Below are positions 53,284 to 62,386 of a stretch of 64,000 bases of DNA, piece after piece. Origin of the DNA: an uncultured Candidatus Saccharibacteria bacterium. GTDB taxonomy: Bacteria > Patescibacteriota > Saccharimonadia > Saccharimonadales > Saccharimonadaceae. Position numbers and translations under genes: made by a program. The notes beneath the pieces were generated by a model. The model did not search any database. It saw only the letters and a list, made by a program, of their open reading frames with translations, and was not told where the DNA came from. The stretch spans positions 4,976 to 68,975 of the forward strand of contig CANBEI010000001.1 of assembly GCA_947367565.1 (NCBI GenBank), written 5' to 3'. Each line of letters begins with the position of its first letter. Position 1 is the stretch's first letter.

Positions 53284-54426
53284 TTAATATTTCTCGTGAA
53301 TATAGTTAAAGCTGCGTGCTGAGCTGGCTGGAATCGTACCCTCGGTCACAACATAAGTACCAGCCAAGTTCATCTCACGAACCAAGACCGAACCATCACC
53401 ATTCACTGCCAATACTACGCCGACGTGACCATAGCCACTACCGCCACTAGACGTCTGGAAGACGGCACCGACTTCGGGGTTATTGTCGACCCTGTACCCT
53501 GCAGCCCTCAACGTGTAAGCCCAAGAATATGCGTGACCCAAAGCACCGCTCGGTAAAGCACCCTGCGAGCGCGGATCGGTCGCTCGCCAATAATAAGCAT
53601 ACCAAGTACACTGACCAGCGTAGCTACCGTTGCCCGGGGAGTTAGCATAGAATCCGGTAGCGATAATCGACATGTTCTGACGTCCAGCCGATGAACCGGC
53701 ATAGGTATAGGTGTAATTATTACTGCTGCCATAGCTATAGCTTGGCGCAACATACTCGGGACGTTCGGTCTCTGGCAAGCTACCGCCCGGCAAGACAATC
53801 AACGTTCCTTCGACAAGACTGCCACCCTCAAGGTCATTATAAGCGATAATCCGCTCAGCCGACGAACCGTAGCGGCTCGCAAGGCTTTCCGGCGTATCGC
53901 CGTTTTTCGCAGTATAAACAATGCCGGCTACTGACGGAATACGTAATAAATCGCCTGGATTGATATCGGTCGTCTTCAAGCCGTTCGACCAACGAATCTG
54001 GTCAGTGCTAAGCCCGAATTTCAAGGCGATATACGCCATCGTCTCACCTTCTTTCACGGTATAGGTCTCGACGCCGCGGGAAATGTTGGTATTGATTAAG
54101 CTTGGTTTTTCCAGCTTATCGGCGCTAGTCTGACTAATCTCTTTCATCGCCGAAGCAACGACGTAATTCGACGCAACTGTGTCGACGCTAGAAAGATCAA
54201 AACTATTCGACAGGCTCGCGACTGCATAAAGCGTTGAAAGCTGATCGGTAGTGATATTATAATCGCTAGCCGCCATCGCGTTCAAGCTTAGCGCACCGCT
54301 ATCAAGCTCAGACTTAGTGTCAATTCCAACCTTCGCCACCCCAACAATCATCAAAAACACCGCTAGGTAAGGTAAAACTTGACCCAGAAAACTCCTAACT
54401 TTGTGTTCTTTACGTTTCTTCTTCAT
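53284..54426 (-). CDS. Secreted peptidoglycan hydrolase, two LysM domains plus C-terminal CHAP domain
   Basis: YTVKEGETMAYIALKFGLSTDQIRWSNGL and YTAKNGDTPESLASRYGSSAERIIAYN (LysM). CTWYAYYW...GHVGVVL (CHAP Cys/His). Confidence 0.85.
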   Translation of the reverse strand: MKKKRKEHKVRSFLGQVLPYLAVFLMIVGVAKVGIDTKSELDSGALSLNAMAASDYNITTDQLSTLYAVASLSNSFDLSSVDTVASNYVVASAMKEISQTSADKLEKPSLINTNISRGVETYTVKEGETMAYIALKFGLSTDQIRWSNGLKTTDINPGDLLRIPSVAGIVYTAKNGDTPESLASRYGSSAERIIAYNDLEGGSLVEGTLIVLPGGSLPETERPEYVAPSYSYGSSNNYTYTYAGSSAGRQNMSIIATGFYANSPGNGSYAGQCTWYAYYWRATDPRSQGALPSGALGHAYSWAYTLRAAGYRVDNNPEVGAVFQTSSGGSGYGHVGVVLAVNGDGSVLVREMNLAGTYVVTEGTIPASSARSFNYIHEKY

Positions 54427-54554
54427 AAATTCGCCTTTTTACTGGGATTTTCCCTGTCCATTTCGGAGGCGGGTGTGCCGCTTCTCATCTAAAGAATCGC
54501 CGCCGGCACAGCCCTAATCGGGTTAGCCTCCTCAATGAACAGAGTAAAATCCTA
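54427..54554 (-). promoter_or_regulatory. Structured leader upstream of the LysM-CHAP hydrolase, candidate riboswitch (c-di-AMP/ydaO-like context, sequence match weak)
   Basis: Nested helices GGAGGC/GCCTCC and TGTGCCG/CGGCACA. Segments GCUAACCCGA, CACCCG and CCGAAAUGGACAG loosely resemble conserved ydaO segments recalled from memory. Confidence 0.3.
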
Positions 54555-56114
54555 CTATAAAGCAACTTGACAGAGTTCGGCGCAATGCTCAGAAATATTC
54601 CGTTGGTGCTCCTCATCTGTAGTACTATAATACATCATACCGTCGTCTCCTGTCAAGAAGAATAAGTAGTTTGCCATCTCGCTATCAGGGGTAGCAGTCG
54701 CAATCAGAGCCTCGATTCCGGGGTTACTAATCGGACCGTACGGTAATCCGGGGTTTTTGCGGGTATTATACGGCGAATCCAGTTCGACTTTTTCGGCATT
54801 ACTCACCTCTGTACCGTCTCTGTCCGGATGTAATAAGTCCCAAGCATAGCTCACCGTCACATCGCTGCCGAGGTTCATATCTTGCCCTAAGCGGTTATAA
54901 AACACCTGCGCCACTTTGGCGTAATCAACCGCATTATTCGCCTCTTTTTGTACTACCGACGCCAGCGTAATCCCCTGATACAGATTAAAGCCACGCTCTG
55001 CAAATTTCTCTTTCAGACCGTTCTGCTCTAAAACTGAGGCAAATTCAGTCAAAATCTGCTCGATAATCGTTTCTACGGTGTCGTCAGCGTAAAATTCATA
55101 GGTTTCGCCGTACAAATAGCCTTCCAGGCCAGCATCATCGGGTTTACCCTCAAAAATCCAGCTGTACGAGCCCGTATAAGGCTTTTCTAGGGCTTTTTCG
55201 ATATCACCTTGGTTATAGCCTAGTTTTACTAAAGTATCGCTAAAATCGCTTACAGTGGCCCCAGGGAGCAAAGTGAGCCGAAATACCGCATCGCCACCAC
55301 CGATCATTTGGGCGATAATCTCACTCGGGGGCATAGTTTTGGTAAATTCGTAGTCACCAGGGCGAAGCGCCGTACCAGAGTAATTGAGGCGATAAAACAC
55401 CTGAAAAACGATGGAATTGCGAACTAAGCCAGCATTTTTGAGGTTCATGGCAATATCATTCACGCTCATGCCTTCACTAACCTCGAATTTAACCGGTTTA
55501 CAGGCGCTAGAAGACGCATCTTCGGTGTCACTGCAGTCAACGTCGGTGAAAACCGGTTGGAGATTATCTTGATAGAAGTAATACGCCCCACCAGCGGCAG
55601 CGCCAAGCAGCACTAACATGACAATGAAAGCGGTCAGCAGCTTGTGCGATTTGCCAGGTTTCTTGCCTTTGACGGATTTATGTTTCGCGGCAGCGGCCTT
55701 AGAAGTCGGCTTACCGGCGTGTTTTTCGAGGAAATCCTGCAAGATGATCGTCGCGGCCTCGGAATCGATATCGCCTTTTTTATAGCCCCTTTTGCGGCTC
55801 TTGAGGCGCTTTTCGGCCTCGACTGAGGTCAAAGATTCGTCTTGGAAGCAGACTTTTGCCCCTGGAATCGCCTGTTTCAAGGCCGCAGCGAACTGACGCG
55901 AATATTGACTCTGTTCCGTCTCCTGCCCTTGACTATTACGCGGCAGACCGACGACGAAACTATTGATATCCCAAGCCCGTGCGAGCGAGGCAATCTTGTC
56001 AAGCTCGGTACCATCAACCTCAACGGCAGCATACGGTACGGCGATGCGGACCGCCGAATCCGCTTTGGCGACGCCGATACGCTTCGTGCCGACGTCGAGA
56101 CCGATTAACTTCAT
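54555..56114 (-). CDS. Fusion of RuvX/YqgF-like nuclease domain, TM linker and MltG/YceG endolytic transglycosylase domain
   Basis: N-terminal MKLIGLDVGTKRIGVAKADS (YqgF). Lys-rich linker plus TM helix LLTAFIVMLVLLGAAAGGAYYF. C-terminal YceG-like region. Confidence 0.75.
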   Translation of the reverse strand: MKLIGLDVGTKRIGVAKADSAVRIAVPYAAVEVDGTELDKIASLARAWDINSFVVGLPRNSQGQETEQSQYSRQFAAALKQAIPGAKVCFQDESLTSVEAEKRLKSRKRGYKKGDIDSEAATIILQDFLEKHAGKPTSKAAAAKHKSVKGKKPGKSHKLLTAFIVMLVLLGAAAGGAYYFYQDNLQPVFTDVDCSDTEDASSSACKPVKFEVSEGMSVNDIAMNLKNAGLVRNSIVFQVFYRLNYSGTALRPGDYEFTKTMPPSEIIAQMIGGGDAVFRLTLLPGATVSDFSDTLVKLGYNQGDIEKALEKPYTGSYSWIFEGKPDDAGLEGYLYGETYEFYADDTVETIIEQILTEFASVLEQNGLKEKFAERGFNLYQGITLASVVQKEANNAVDYAKVAQVFYNRLGQDMNLGSDVTVSYAWDLLHPDRDGTEVSNAEKVELDSPYNTRKNPGLPYGPISNPGIEALIATATPDSEMANYLFFLTGDDGMMYYSTTDEEHQRNISEHCAELCQVAL

Positions 56115-57853
56115 TATTTATCCTCCACGGTTAGGTCGACTTCGATGCGACTAGGGTCGTTCGGAACAGAGCGAACCCAGAAATAAGACGGGGAGACATT
56201 GACCGAGCTGACGCCATTGATTGAGCGGAGAAGAGAGTTGACCTCACCAATCTTCTTGCCCTTTGTACGCTCAATAATGGTTTCTTCGGTAACAGTTGGA
56301 CCAATCTTGACGGTCGTCTTCAGACGGGCTGGCTCTTCAATACTAGTAAAGCGGTCGAAATATGGTTCACCGACAGAGTAAATCTTCTGGTCGTCACCAA
56401 CCGACATCTTCTTTTCCATGAGTTGCTCAAGCTGAGACTTCTTCACGGTGTAAACGGTATAGCTAATCTTCACCGAGACGGTCGGTTTCGTGCCATCACT
56501 AACCTCGGTGCCAACTTCTGGTTTCGAGGTCGTATCACTAATATCGGCAGCGTAGCTCGGCTCAATGATGACAAATTCTTTGTCTTTTTTCAACTGATCC
56601 ATGAACTTCGTCTTATTTTCTTCGGCGTGCTCCTCGGCAATCTTATCACGGGCGTTATGGACATCCTGGAGGGAGACGACGGTAACGTTGTTGGTCGTGC
56701 CGCCGGAGATAGCCTCATTGGTGACGCTTGCGCCCTGGTATCCGTTCCATGGGTCACCGTCACCCTTAGCGAGGTTAAAACTCTCCCCGGATCCAGCAGC
56801 TTCAACCGGCACTGTGGCCACAAGCGTACAGTTCTGAGTTTGGCGGTTTACCGTACCATTTGAACAAGTAATTGGCATTGTGCCATCCCAAGCAATTGAG
56901 GCCCCGGCCGTAGCTTTATAGACCTTACCGTTGCCAGCGACAAATTCGGTATTAGCCGGAATATCAATACCAAAACCGTCCTTATGTGATTGGGGCTGAA
57001 AAGTATATGAGAGTTTGAGGTTCCCTTTTGCGTGTTCTCCGCGGTCTTCCTGCCCTGTAGCCGTGAACTCAGCATCATAGCGCTGCTCGAAAGTCTGTTT
57101 CTCGACATAGAGAGTGCTCTCATCGAGGTTTTCGGCGTTCTCTTCGGTCGTGAATTTCACTTCTTCAGAGAAGTTATCAGAGGAAGTGCTCATAGCGACG
57201 GTAATCTTCGCAGCAGGAGCGAAGACAAAAGCCCAGACCCCGACCGCAATTAGCAAAACCGCGGCAACGGAGCCAATAATGATCCATTTGCGATATTTTT
57301 CAAAACTCGGGACTTTTTTACCGTTTTTGTCTTTTTTGTCCTTATTTTTGCCCTTTTTACCGTCTTTAGAGCCGTTTTCGAGGGTCTCTTCGTCAAGATT
57401 AATAATTTCACCGTCTTTTTTGGAAGTCGTTTCAGAAGCGCTCTTAGTGTCCTCTCCGGGCGTTTTAGCACTATTTTTGTCAGATTTTAGCTCGTCAAGC
57501 TCAGCGGCAGCACTTGCATCAGCCAAATCTTCGTCAATTACCTGTTCCTCGGCCATGGTTTTATCAATATCTTCCTTGGTCGGGACAACCGGGCGAGACT
57601 GCAGAGTCTTCGCGATCGGAATCTGGGCGGTCATCGCCATCTTCACGATCGCTGGGTCGGCCGTCACGATAACTGCAACCTTGTCACACTCTTTCGCGGT
57701 GCGTGCGACGAGCTTCATATTCACCGCGCTGCGTAGCATGGTTGCTTTTTTGGGTGGCACGAGAGCCACCAGTTTTTGTTCCGCCTGTTGAAGCTTGGTC
57801 AAGATGTCGGTGATATCATCTTCTGGCTCCAAATAAATAACTTCCTTATTCAT
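56114..57853 (-). CDS. Hypothetical single-pass membrane protein with Lys/Asp-rich linker and large extracytoplasmic domain
   Basis: Start moved to MNKEVIYLEPEDD (57853), 8 nt after TGCTATATT. TM helix WIIIGSVAAVLLIAVGVWAFVF. Confidence 0.6.
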   Translation of the reverse strand: MNKEVIYLEPEDDITDILTKLQQAEQKLVALVPPKKATMLRSAVNMKLVARTAKECDKVAVIVTADPAIVKMAMTAQIPIAKTLQSRPVVPTKEDIDKTMAEEQVIDEDLADASAAAELDELKSDKNSAKTPGEDTKSASETTSKKDGEIINLDEETLENGSKDGKKGKNKDKKDKNGKKVPSFEKYRKWIIIGSVAAVLLIAVGVWAFVFAPAAKITVAMSTSSDNFSEEVKFTTEENAENLDESTLYVEKQTFEQRYDAEFTATGQEDRGEHAKGNLKLSYTFQPQSHKDGFGIDIPANTEFVAGNGKVYKATAGASIAWDGTMPITCSNGTVNRQTQNCTLVATVPVEAAGSGESFNLAKGDGDPWNGYQGASVTNEAISGGTTNNVTVVSLQDVHNARDKIAEEHAEENKTKFMDQLKKDKEFVIIEPSYAADISDTTSKPEVGTEVSDGTKPTVSVKISYTVYTVKKSQLEQLMEKKMSVGDDQKIYSVGEPYFDRFTSIEEPARLKTTVKIGPTVTEETIIERTKGKKIGEVNSLLRSINGVSSVNVSPSYFWVRSVPNDPSRIEVDLTVEDK

Positions 57854-57902
57854 ATACATTAAATATAGCACATTTCGGAAAGGTTGTGCTAAAATAAACA
57901 TA

Positions 57903-59468
57903 ATGAGTTTGTTCAAGAAGAAAATGAAGCCGGTGGCGCTGTCGGCGTCGGAAATTCCGAATTATTCGGCGCTTGCGTCGTTGACTTTAAACGCAATCAA
58001 TGATGGAGTAATGTTGATTGACGAGGCGGGAATTATTAAATTCGCAAATCCGGCCGCAGCGACAATGTTGGGATATGGCAGCCCGACGAATGTTATCGGC
58101 CTGAGCTACCAAGCCGTACTAAGGTTTGAGACGACGGATGGTCAGCCGGTGAATCCGGAGACTAGCAAGTTGACACAGGCGATTCAGACTGGTCAACAGT
58201 TCGATACGCGTGAGTACGTCTTGATTTCGGCACAGAGTGAACGCAAGGCGGCGATTTCACTGACGATGATTCCGACGGGTGGACCGCGATCGAATAAGAT
58301 CATCACTTTTCGCGATATTACGAAAGAGCTGGAGAAGGAAGAAGACCAGAATGAGTTTATCTCGACGGCAAGTCATGAAATGCGGACACCGGTGGCTTCG
58401 ATTGAGGGGTATCTTGGATTGGCGCTGAATCCGCAGACGGCGACGATTGATGATCGGGCAAAGCAGTATCTTGAGGCTGCACACAAGGCGAGTCAGCATC
58501 TCGGGCATTTGTTCAAGGATTTGTTGGACGTGACGAAACTGGACGACGGGAGACTGAAATTACATCTCGTACCAGTCGAAATAGTATCGACAGTGCGCGA
58601 GATGGTGGGGGCGCGCGAAAAAGACATGGCGGCAAAACATCTGAAGTATAGTTTCGGAACGAATGCTCCAGTAAACGGTAAACAGATTGAGCAGCTGGTC
58701 TATGCGGCAGTGGATCTCGGAATGCTGAGAGAGATTTTGGATAATCTGATTGAAAATGCGATTAAGTATACGCCGGAGGGGGGTGAGATTTGGGTAAATG
58801 CGCGGGGCGATGGTGATAAGGTCTTGATCAATGTGACTGACAACGGAATCGGGATTTCGCCAGATGATGCGGCGCATATTTTCCAGAAATTTTATCGCGT
58901 AGACAATTCGCAGACGCGGCAGATTGGCGGGACGGGTCTAGGGTTATATCTAGTCAAGCAGCGAGTTGAAGCGATGGATGGTCGAGTGTGGGTCGAGAGT
59001 GCGTTCGGGGATGGGTCAACGTTCTTCGTGAGTCTACCAAGGCTGAGTAATGCAGAATACCAGAAGCGCTTGTTGGCGTATCAAAATGAGCAGACAGTAC
59101 AGGCGTTTAGCGAGACGCATAGCGGAGCGAAGCCGCAGGTGACGACGTCGAGCGTGAGCGTGCCGCTACGAGGAGCAGAGGCAGGCACGGCGACGGTAGT
59201 GCAAAGCGTGGAGCAGACAAGTGCACCACAGGTGATGCCGGCTGCGAGTGCGGTACAAGCAACAGGGCAGACAATGCAAGTTCAGACTGCGCCGGTGGTG
59301 CCGCAACAGCCTCAGCCAGTAGTGCAAACGCAAGTAGTACCGCAGACGCAGCAAGTACAGCCACAAATGATGCCGGTGCAACAAGCGCCCGTGCAGCCAG
59401 TGACCGGGCCGAATGATTTGACAATTCCGCGTAACGATCAATTAAATAACCAAAAAGGAGTCGCATGA
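57903..59468 (+). CDS. PAS-domain sensor histidine kinase with Gln/Pro/Val-rich C-terminal tail
   Basis: SHEMRTPVASI H-box plus N, G1 (DNGIGI) and G2 (GTGLGL) boxes. TGCTAAAAT lies 7 nt upstream of the ATG. Confidence 0.85.
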   Translation: MSLFKKKMKPVALSASEIPNYSALASLTLNAINDGVMLIDEAGIIKFANPAAATMLGYGSPTNVIGLSYQAVLRFETTDGQPVNPETSKLTQAIQTGQQFDTREYVLISAQSERKAAISLTMIPTGGPRSNKIITFRDITKELEKEEDQNEFISTASHEMRTPVASIEGYLGLALNPQTATIDDRAKQYLEAAHKASQHLGHLFKDLLDVTKLDDGRLKLHLVPVEIVSTVREMVGAREKDMAAKHLKYSFGTNAPVNGKQIEQLVYAAVDLGMLREILDNLIENAIKYTPEGGEIWVNARGDGDKVLINVTDNGIGISPDDAAHIFQKFYRVDNSQTRQIGGTGLGLYLVKQRVEAMDGRVWVESAFGDGSTFFVSLPRLSNAEYQKRLLAYQNEQTVQAFSETHSGAKPQVTTSSVSVPLRGAEAGTATVVQSVEQTSAPQVMPAASAVQATGQTMQVQTAPVVPQQPQPVVQTQVVPQTQQVQPQMMPVQQAPVQPVTGPNDLTIPRNDQLNNQKGVA

Positions 59469-60049
59469 CCAAGATTATGCTGGTCGAGGACGATAATAGT
59501 CTTCGCGAGATTTACAGTATCCGTTTGACCGCTGAGGGGTACGCAATTGTTTCGGCGGGGGATGGCGAGGAGGCCTTGGCGGTCGCCGTCAAGGAACGCC
59601 CAGATTTGATTATTTCTGATGTAATGATGCCAAAGATTTCGGGTTTTGACATGCTGGATATCTTGCGTTCGACGCCGGAGACGCAAAATATTAAAGTGAT
59701 TATGATGACGGCACTATCGAGCGAAGACCAGCGTGAACGTGGCGAGAGTTTGGGGGCGGATCGGTATCTGGTGAAGTCGCAAGTAGGAATCGAGGACGTA
59801 GTGAATGCAGTACATGATGTGCTGGGCGATAGAGATGGAGCTAGCGATATGACGACTGCTGGTGGTCAGGGCTCGGTAGCGGCGCCGACAGAGGCTGCGC
59901 CAGTCGTGCCGATTGTAGATGCAGCGCAAGAGATATCAGTCGTGAGTGCTACGCCAGAGGCACCACTGGGGAGTATGGATACGACGAGCAGTACGACCGA
60001 TACGGCGGGGGCGAATGATTTGACGGCAGGACTAGGCGGAGCGCAGTAG
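59465..60049 (+). CDS. Single-domain response regulator (receiver) with low-complexity C-terminal tail
   Basis: IMLVEDDNSLREIY...LIISDVMMPKISGFD...K receiver motifs. ATGA overlap with the kinase gene. Confidence 0.85.
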   Translation: MTKIMLVEDDNSLREIYSIRLTAEGYAIVSAGDGEEALAVAVKERPDLIISDVMMPKISGFDMLDILRSTPETQNIKVIMMTALSSEDQRERGESLGADRYLVKSQVGIEDVVNAVHDVLGDRDGASDMTTAGGQGSVAAPTEAAPVVPIVDAAQEISVVSATPEAPLGSMDTTSSTTDTAGANDLTAGLGGAQ

Positions 60050-60056
60050 GCGGGGC

Positions 60057-60773
60057 ATGGCTGAAATAGTCAGGCTAAATAAGTTCTTAGCCGAAAGGCT
60101 GGGGATTTCGCGACGCGAGGCGGATAATGCAATTGCAGCCGGAAAGGTGACGATAGATGGCGCTACGGCGGAGTTGGGGGCGAGGATTGAGGTCGGGACG
60201 GATGACGGGGGCTCTGGGATTGACAAAAATCCAAATGTGTGCTATCATGGTAAGATGGTGCCGTTTGAGGCGGCTTATCTATACGTAGCACTGAACAAGC
60301 CGCGCGGGGTAGTATGTTCGCGGAGAAGTCAGGGCGGCGAGCCAACGGTTTATGATTTATTACCGGAGGAGTATCGCGAGCTGAAGACCGTAGGTAGATT
60401 AGATAAGGATTCGTCAGGGTTGATATTGCTGACGAATGATGGTGATTTTGCGTTTCGAATGACACATCCCCGGTTTACGAAAACGAAGATTTATGAAGTG
60501 GAGCTAGACCGAGCGCTGGAGCCGCTACATCAGCAAGAAATTGCAGATTTTGGGATTGAAATCGGAGACGGTGTGTCAAAATTAGGACTAGCGAAGTTGG
60601 ACGAGACGCGAAAAAAATGGCAAGTGACGATGCATGAGGGGCGGAATCGGCAGATTCGACGAACGTTTGGGGCGTTAGGGTATACGGTCGTAGAGTTGAA
60701 ACGCATGCAGTTCGGAGCGTATCGGCTAGATGGGCTAGAAGAAGGTGGATATACGAAAGTAAAGGCTGTATAG
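60057..60773 (+). CDS. Pseudouridine synthase, RsuA/RluB family, with S4 domain
   Basis: RLNKFLAERLGISRREAD (S4) and GRLDKDSSGLILLTNDG catalytic motif. Confidence 0.85.
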   Translation: MAEIVRLNKFLAERLGISRREADNAIAAGKVTIDGATAELGARIEVGTDDGGSGIDKNPNVCYHGKMVPFEAAYLYVALNKPRGVVCSRRSQGGEPTVYDLLPEEYRELKTVGRLDKDSSGLILLTNDGDFAFRMTHPRFTKTKIYEVELDRALEPLHQQEIADFGIEIGDGVSKLGLAKLDETRKKWQVTMHEGRNRQIRRTFGALGYTVVELKRMQFGAYRLDGLEEGGYTKVKAV

Positions 60774-60775
60774 CG

Positions 60776-60800
60776 AAAAGGGACACCGAGTGTCCCTTTT
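60776..60800 (+). terminator. Rho-independent terminator
   Basis: AAAAGGGACAC-CGAG-TGTCCCTTTT. Confidence 0.8.
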
Positions 60801-60991
60801 CTGGTACCAGAAAACCGCTTGTAGGCTTCAATGAATAGTAAAGTATTCTTTGAGTGCCATAATACCGGCGAAGACTGCCGTAAGTATGCCGATGCACAGG
60901 AGTACGCAATAGCAGATAAGCGCGTTGCGGTTCGAAAGTGGAGCTAAGAGAATAGTCTAAAGCTAAAAGACCAGTGAAGAGGAACAGCAGT

Positions 60992-62386
60992 CTAGTTCTG
61001 CAGCAGCCGAGCCAACTTCGATCGAATACCGTCATCTTCGGGTGTGCCGGCAAGAGTGTCGAGCGCCACGCGCAGTAGCCCAAGCGCCGTGACGTAACTA
61101 TAGTCAAGCGTGGCGCTCGTCTGGTTGTGGATGCCAGGAATGTCGGCGTTTTCGACGAGATGGACGACGGGGCGGCGCGCGAATGGTAGTTCTTTGAACC
61201 AGTCAGTGGTCGCCAAAACCTCTTGGAGCTCATTTAAGCCCGCGCCGCCCCCACAGAGCAGGATCTTGTTCGGTAGCATATCATTCAAATTAAACTCATC
61301 GAGTGTAATTTCGACGCCCGAGAGCCAAACGGCGAGATTGCGCCGCACCGCCATGAGCATCTTATCGCGTACGTCAGCCGGGACCTTGGCCGGGTTCTTG
61401 ATGCTGAGCTTGTATTTCTCCGCCGTGTCGAAGTCGACCCCTAAGGTCTCGGCAATCTGATGCGTAAAGCTACGGCCGCCGATGCCAAACATTTTCGTTC
61501 CCTCAACGCCACCATCATCGACGACGGCGATGTCAGTCGTACCGCCACCAATGTCCATGACAATACCAGAAAATCCGCTATCTATATCATCACCAAGGCA
61601 GGCACGGCAAACCGCAAACGGCTCAACTGCAACTGCTAACAGGTCCAGGCTTAACTCCGCACAGACTTTTTCAATCGCGGAAATATGTACCAGCGGCGCA
61701 AAAGCCGTATAGAACTGGATCACGACGTCAGTCCCCTTGAACCCAATCGGATTGCTAATCTTATAGCCGTCGATCGCAATGCTAACAATCGCAGAGTTGA
61801 TCAATCGCACTTCGACGTTCGGATTATTCGTCTCGTCGGCAATTTCCTTGCGCGCAATCTCGCCAGCCCGATCCTGGACGCGTTTAATAATCAGTGACAT
61901 TTCTTGCTCGGACAGCGGTTTGTTACCATTCTTGCGTCGATACCGGACCGTACTCGTGTTGCCCTTAATGAGCTCACCGGCAATCCCGACGACGGTCAGC
62001 TTGCTGGTCGTGCCCGACATTTTTTCGGCTTGGCTAAGCGCACGCTCGCAGACTCCAACCACTGCTGGAATGTCGGCGATCGCACCGGCATACATATTGC
62101 TAGCAGCTTGATGAGCTCGACCGATACCAATTACGTCAAGACCGCCCTTCTTATCCTGCCTTGCAATCACCGCCTTGACATATTCCGTACCAATGTCGAG
62201 AGCGAGAATCGTATCGTCATCTTTGACCGGACTGCCAAGCTGTTCTTCCTGCTCTTGGTAAATTTCATTTAGCTGGTCAAGTTTTTCATTCTTAGGAGCG
62301 GCAGATTCTTTGTCTCCCGCCATTCCCTGCGCCATCTTGGCCATTTTGCCAGCCGCGGCCTTTTTGACATTCTTTAGAACTCCCAT
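60992..62386 (-). CDS. FtsA-like actin/HSP70-fold ATPase with charged N-terminal extension
   Basis: ILALDIGTEYVKAVIA, VMDIGGGTTDIAVV and ILLCGGGAGLNEL motifs. No ftsZ follows in the window. Confidence 0.7.
   Translation of the reverse strand: MGVLKNVKKAAAGKMAKMAQGMAGDKESAAPKNEKLDQLNEIYQEQEEQLGSPVKDDDTILALDIGTEYVKAVIARQDKKGGLDVIGIGRAHQAASNMYAGAIADIPAVVGVCERALSQAEKMSGTTSKLTVVGIAGELIKGNTSTVRYRRKNGNKPLSEQEMSLIIKRVQDRAGEIARKEIADETNNPNVEVRLINSAIVSIAIDGYKISNPIGFKGTDVVIQFYTAFAPLVHISAIEKVCAELSLDLLAVAVEPFAVCRACLGDDIDSGFSGIVMDIGGGTTDIAVVDDGGVEGTKMFGIGGRSFTHQIAETLGVDFDTAEKYKLSIKNPAKVPADVRDKMLMAVRRNLAVWLSGVEITLDEFNLNDMLPNKILLCGGGAGLNELQEVLATTDWFKELPFARRPVVHLVENADIPGIHNQTSATLDYSYVTALGLLRVALDTLAGTPEDDGIRSKLARLLQN

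Noticed and set aside
60826-60960. Small hydrophobic minus-strand ORF (..NALICYCVLLCIGILTAVFAGIMALKEYFTIH) downstream of the FtsA-like gene
   Set aside because: No ATG, GTG or TTG lies between the upstream in-frame TAG and the hydrophobic segment, so it cannot be initiated as written. It could be a remnant.
60475-61233. 252-aa minus-strand ORF from the track
   Set aside because: It is an alternative-frame ORF overlapping the pseudouridine synthase and FtsA-like genes. It has low-complexity composition and no start context.
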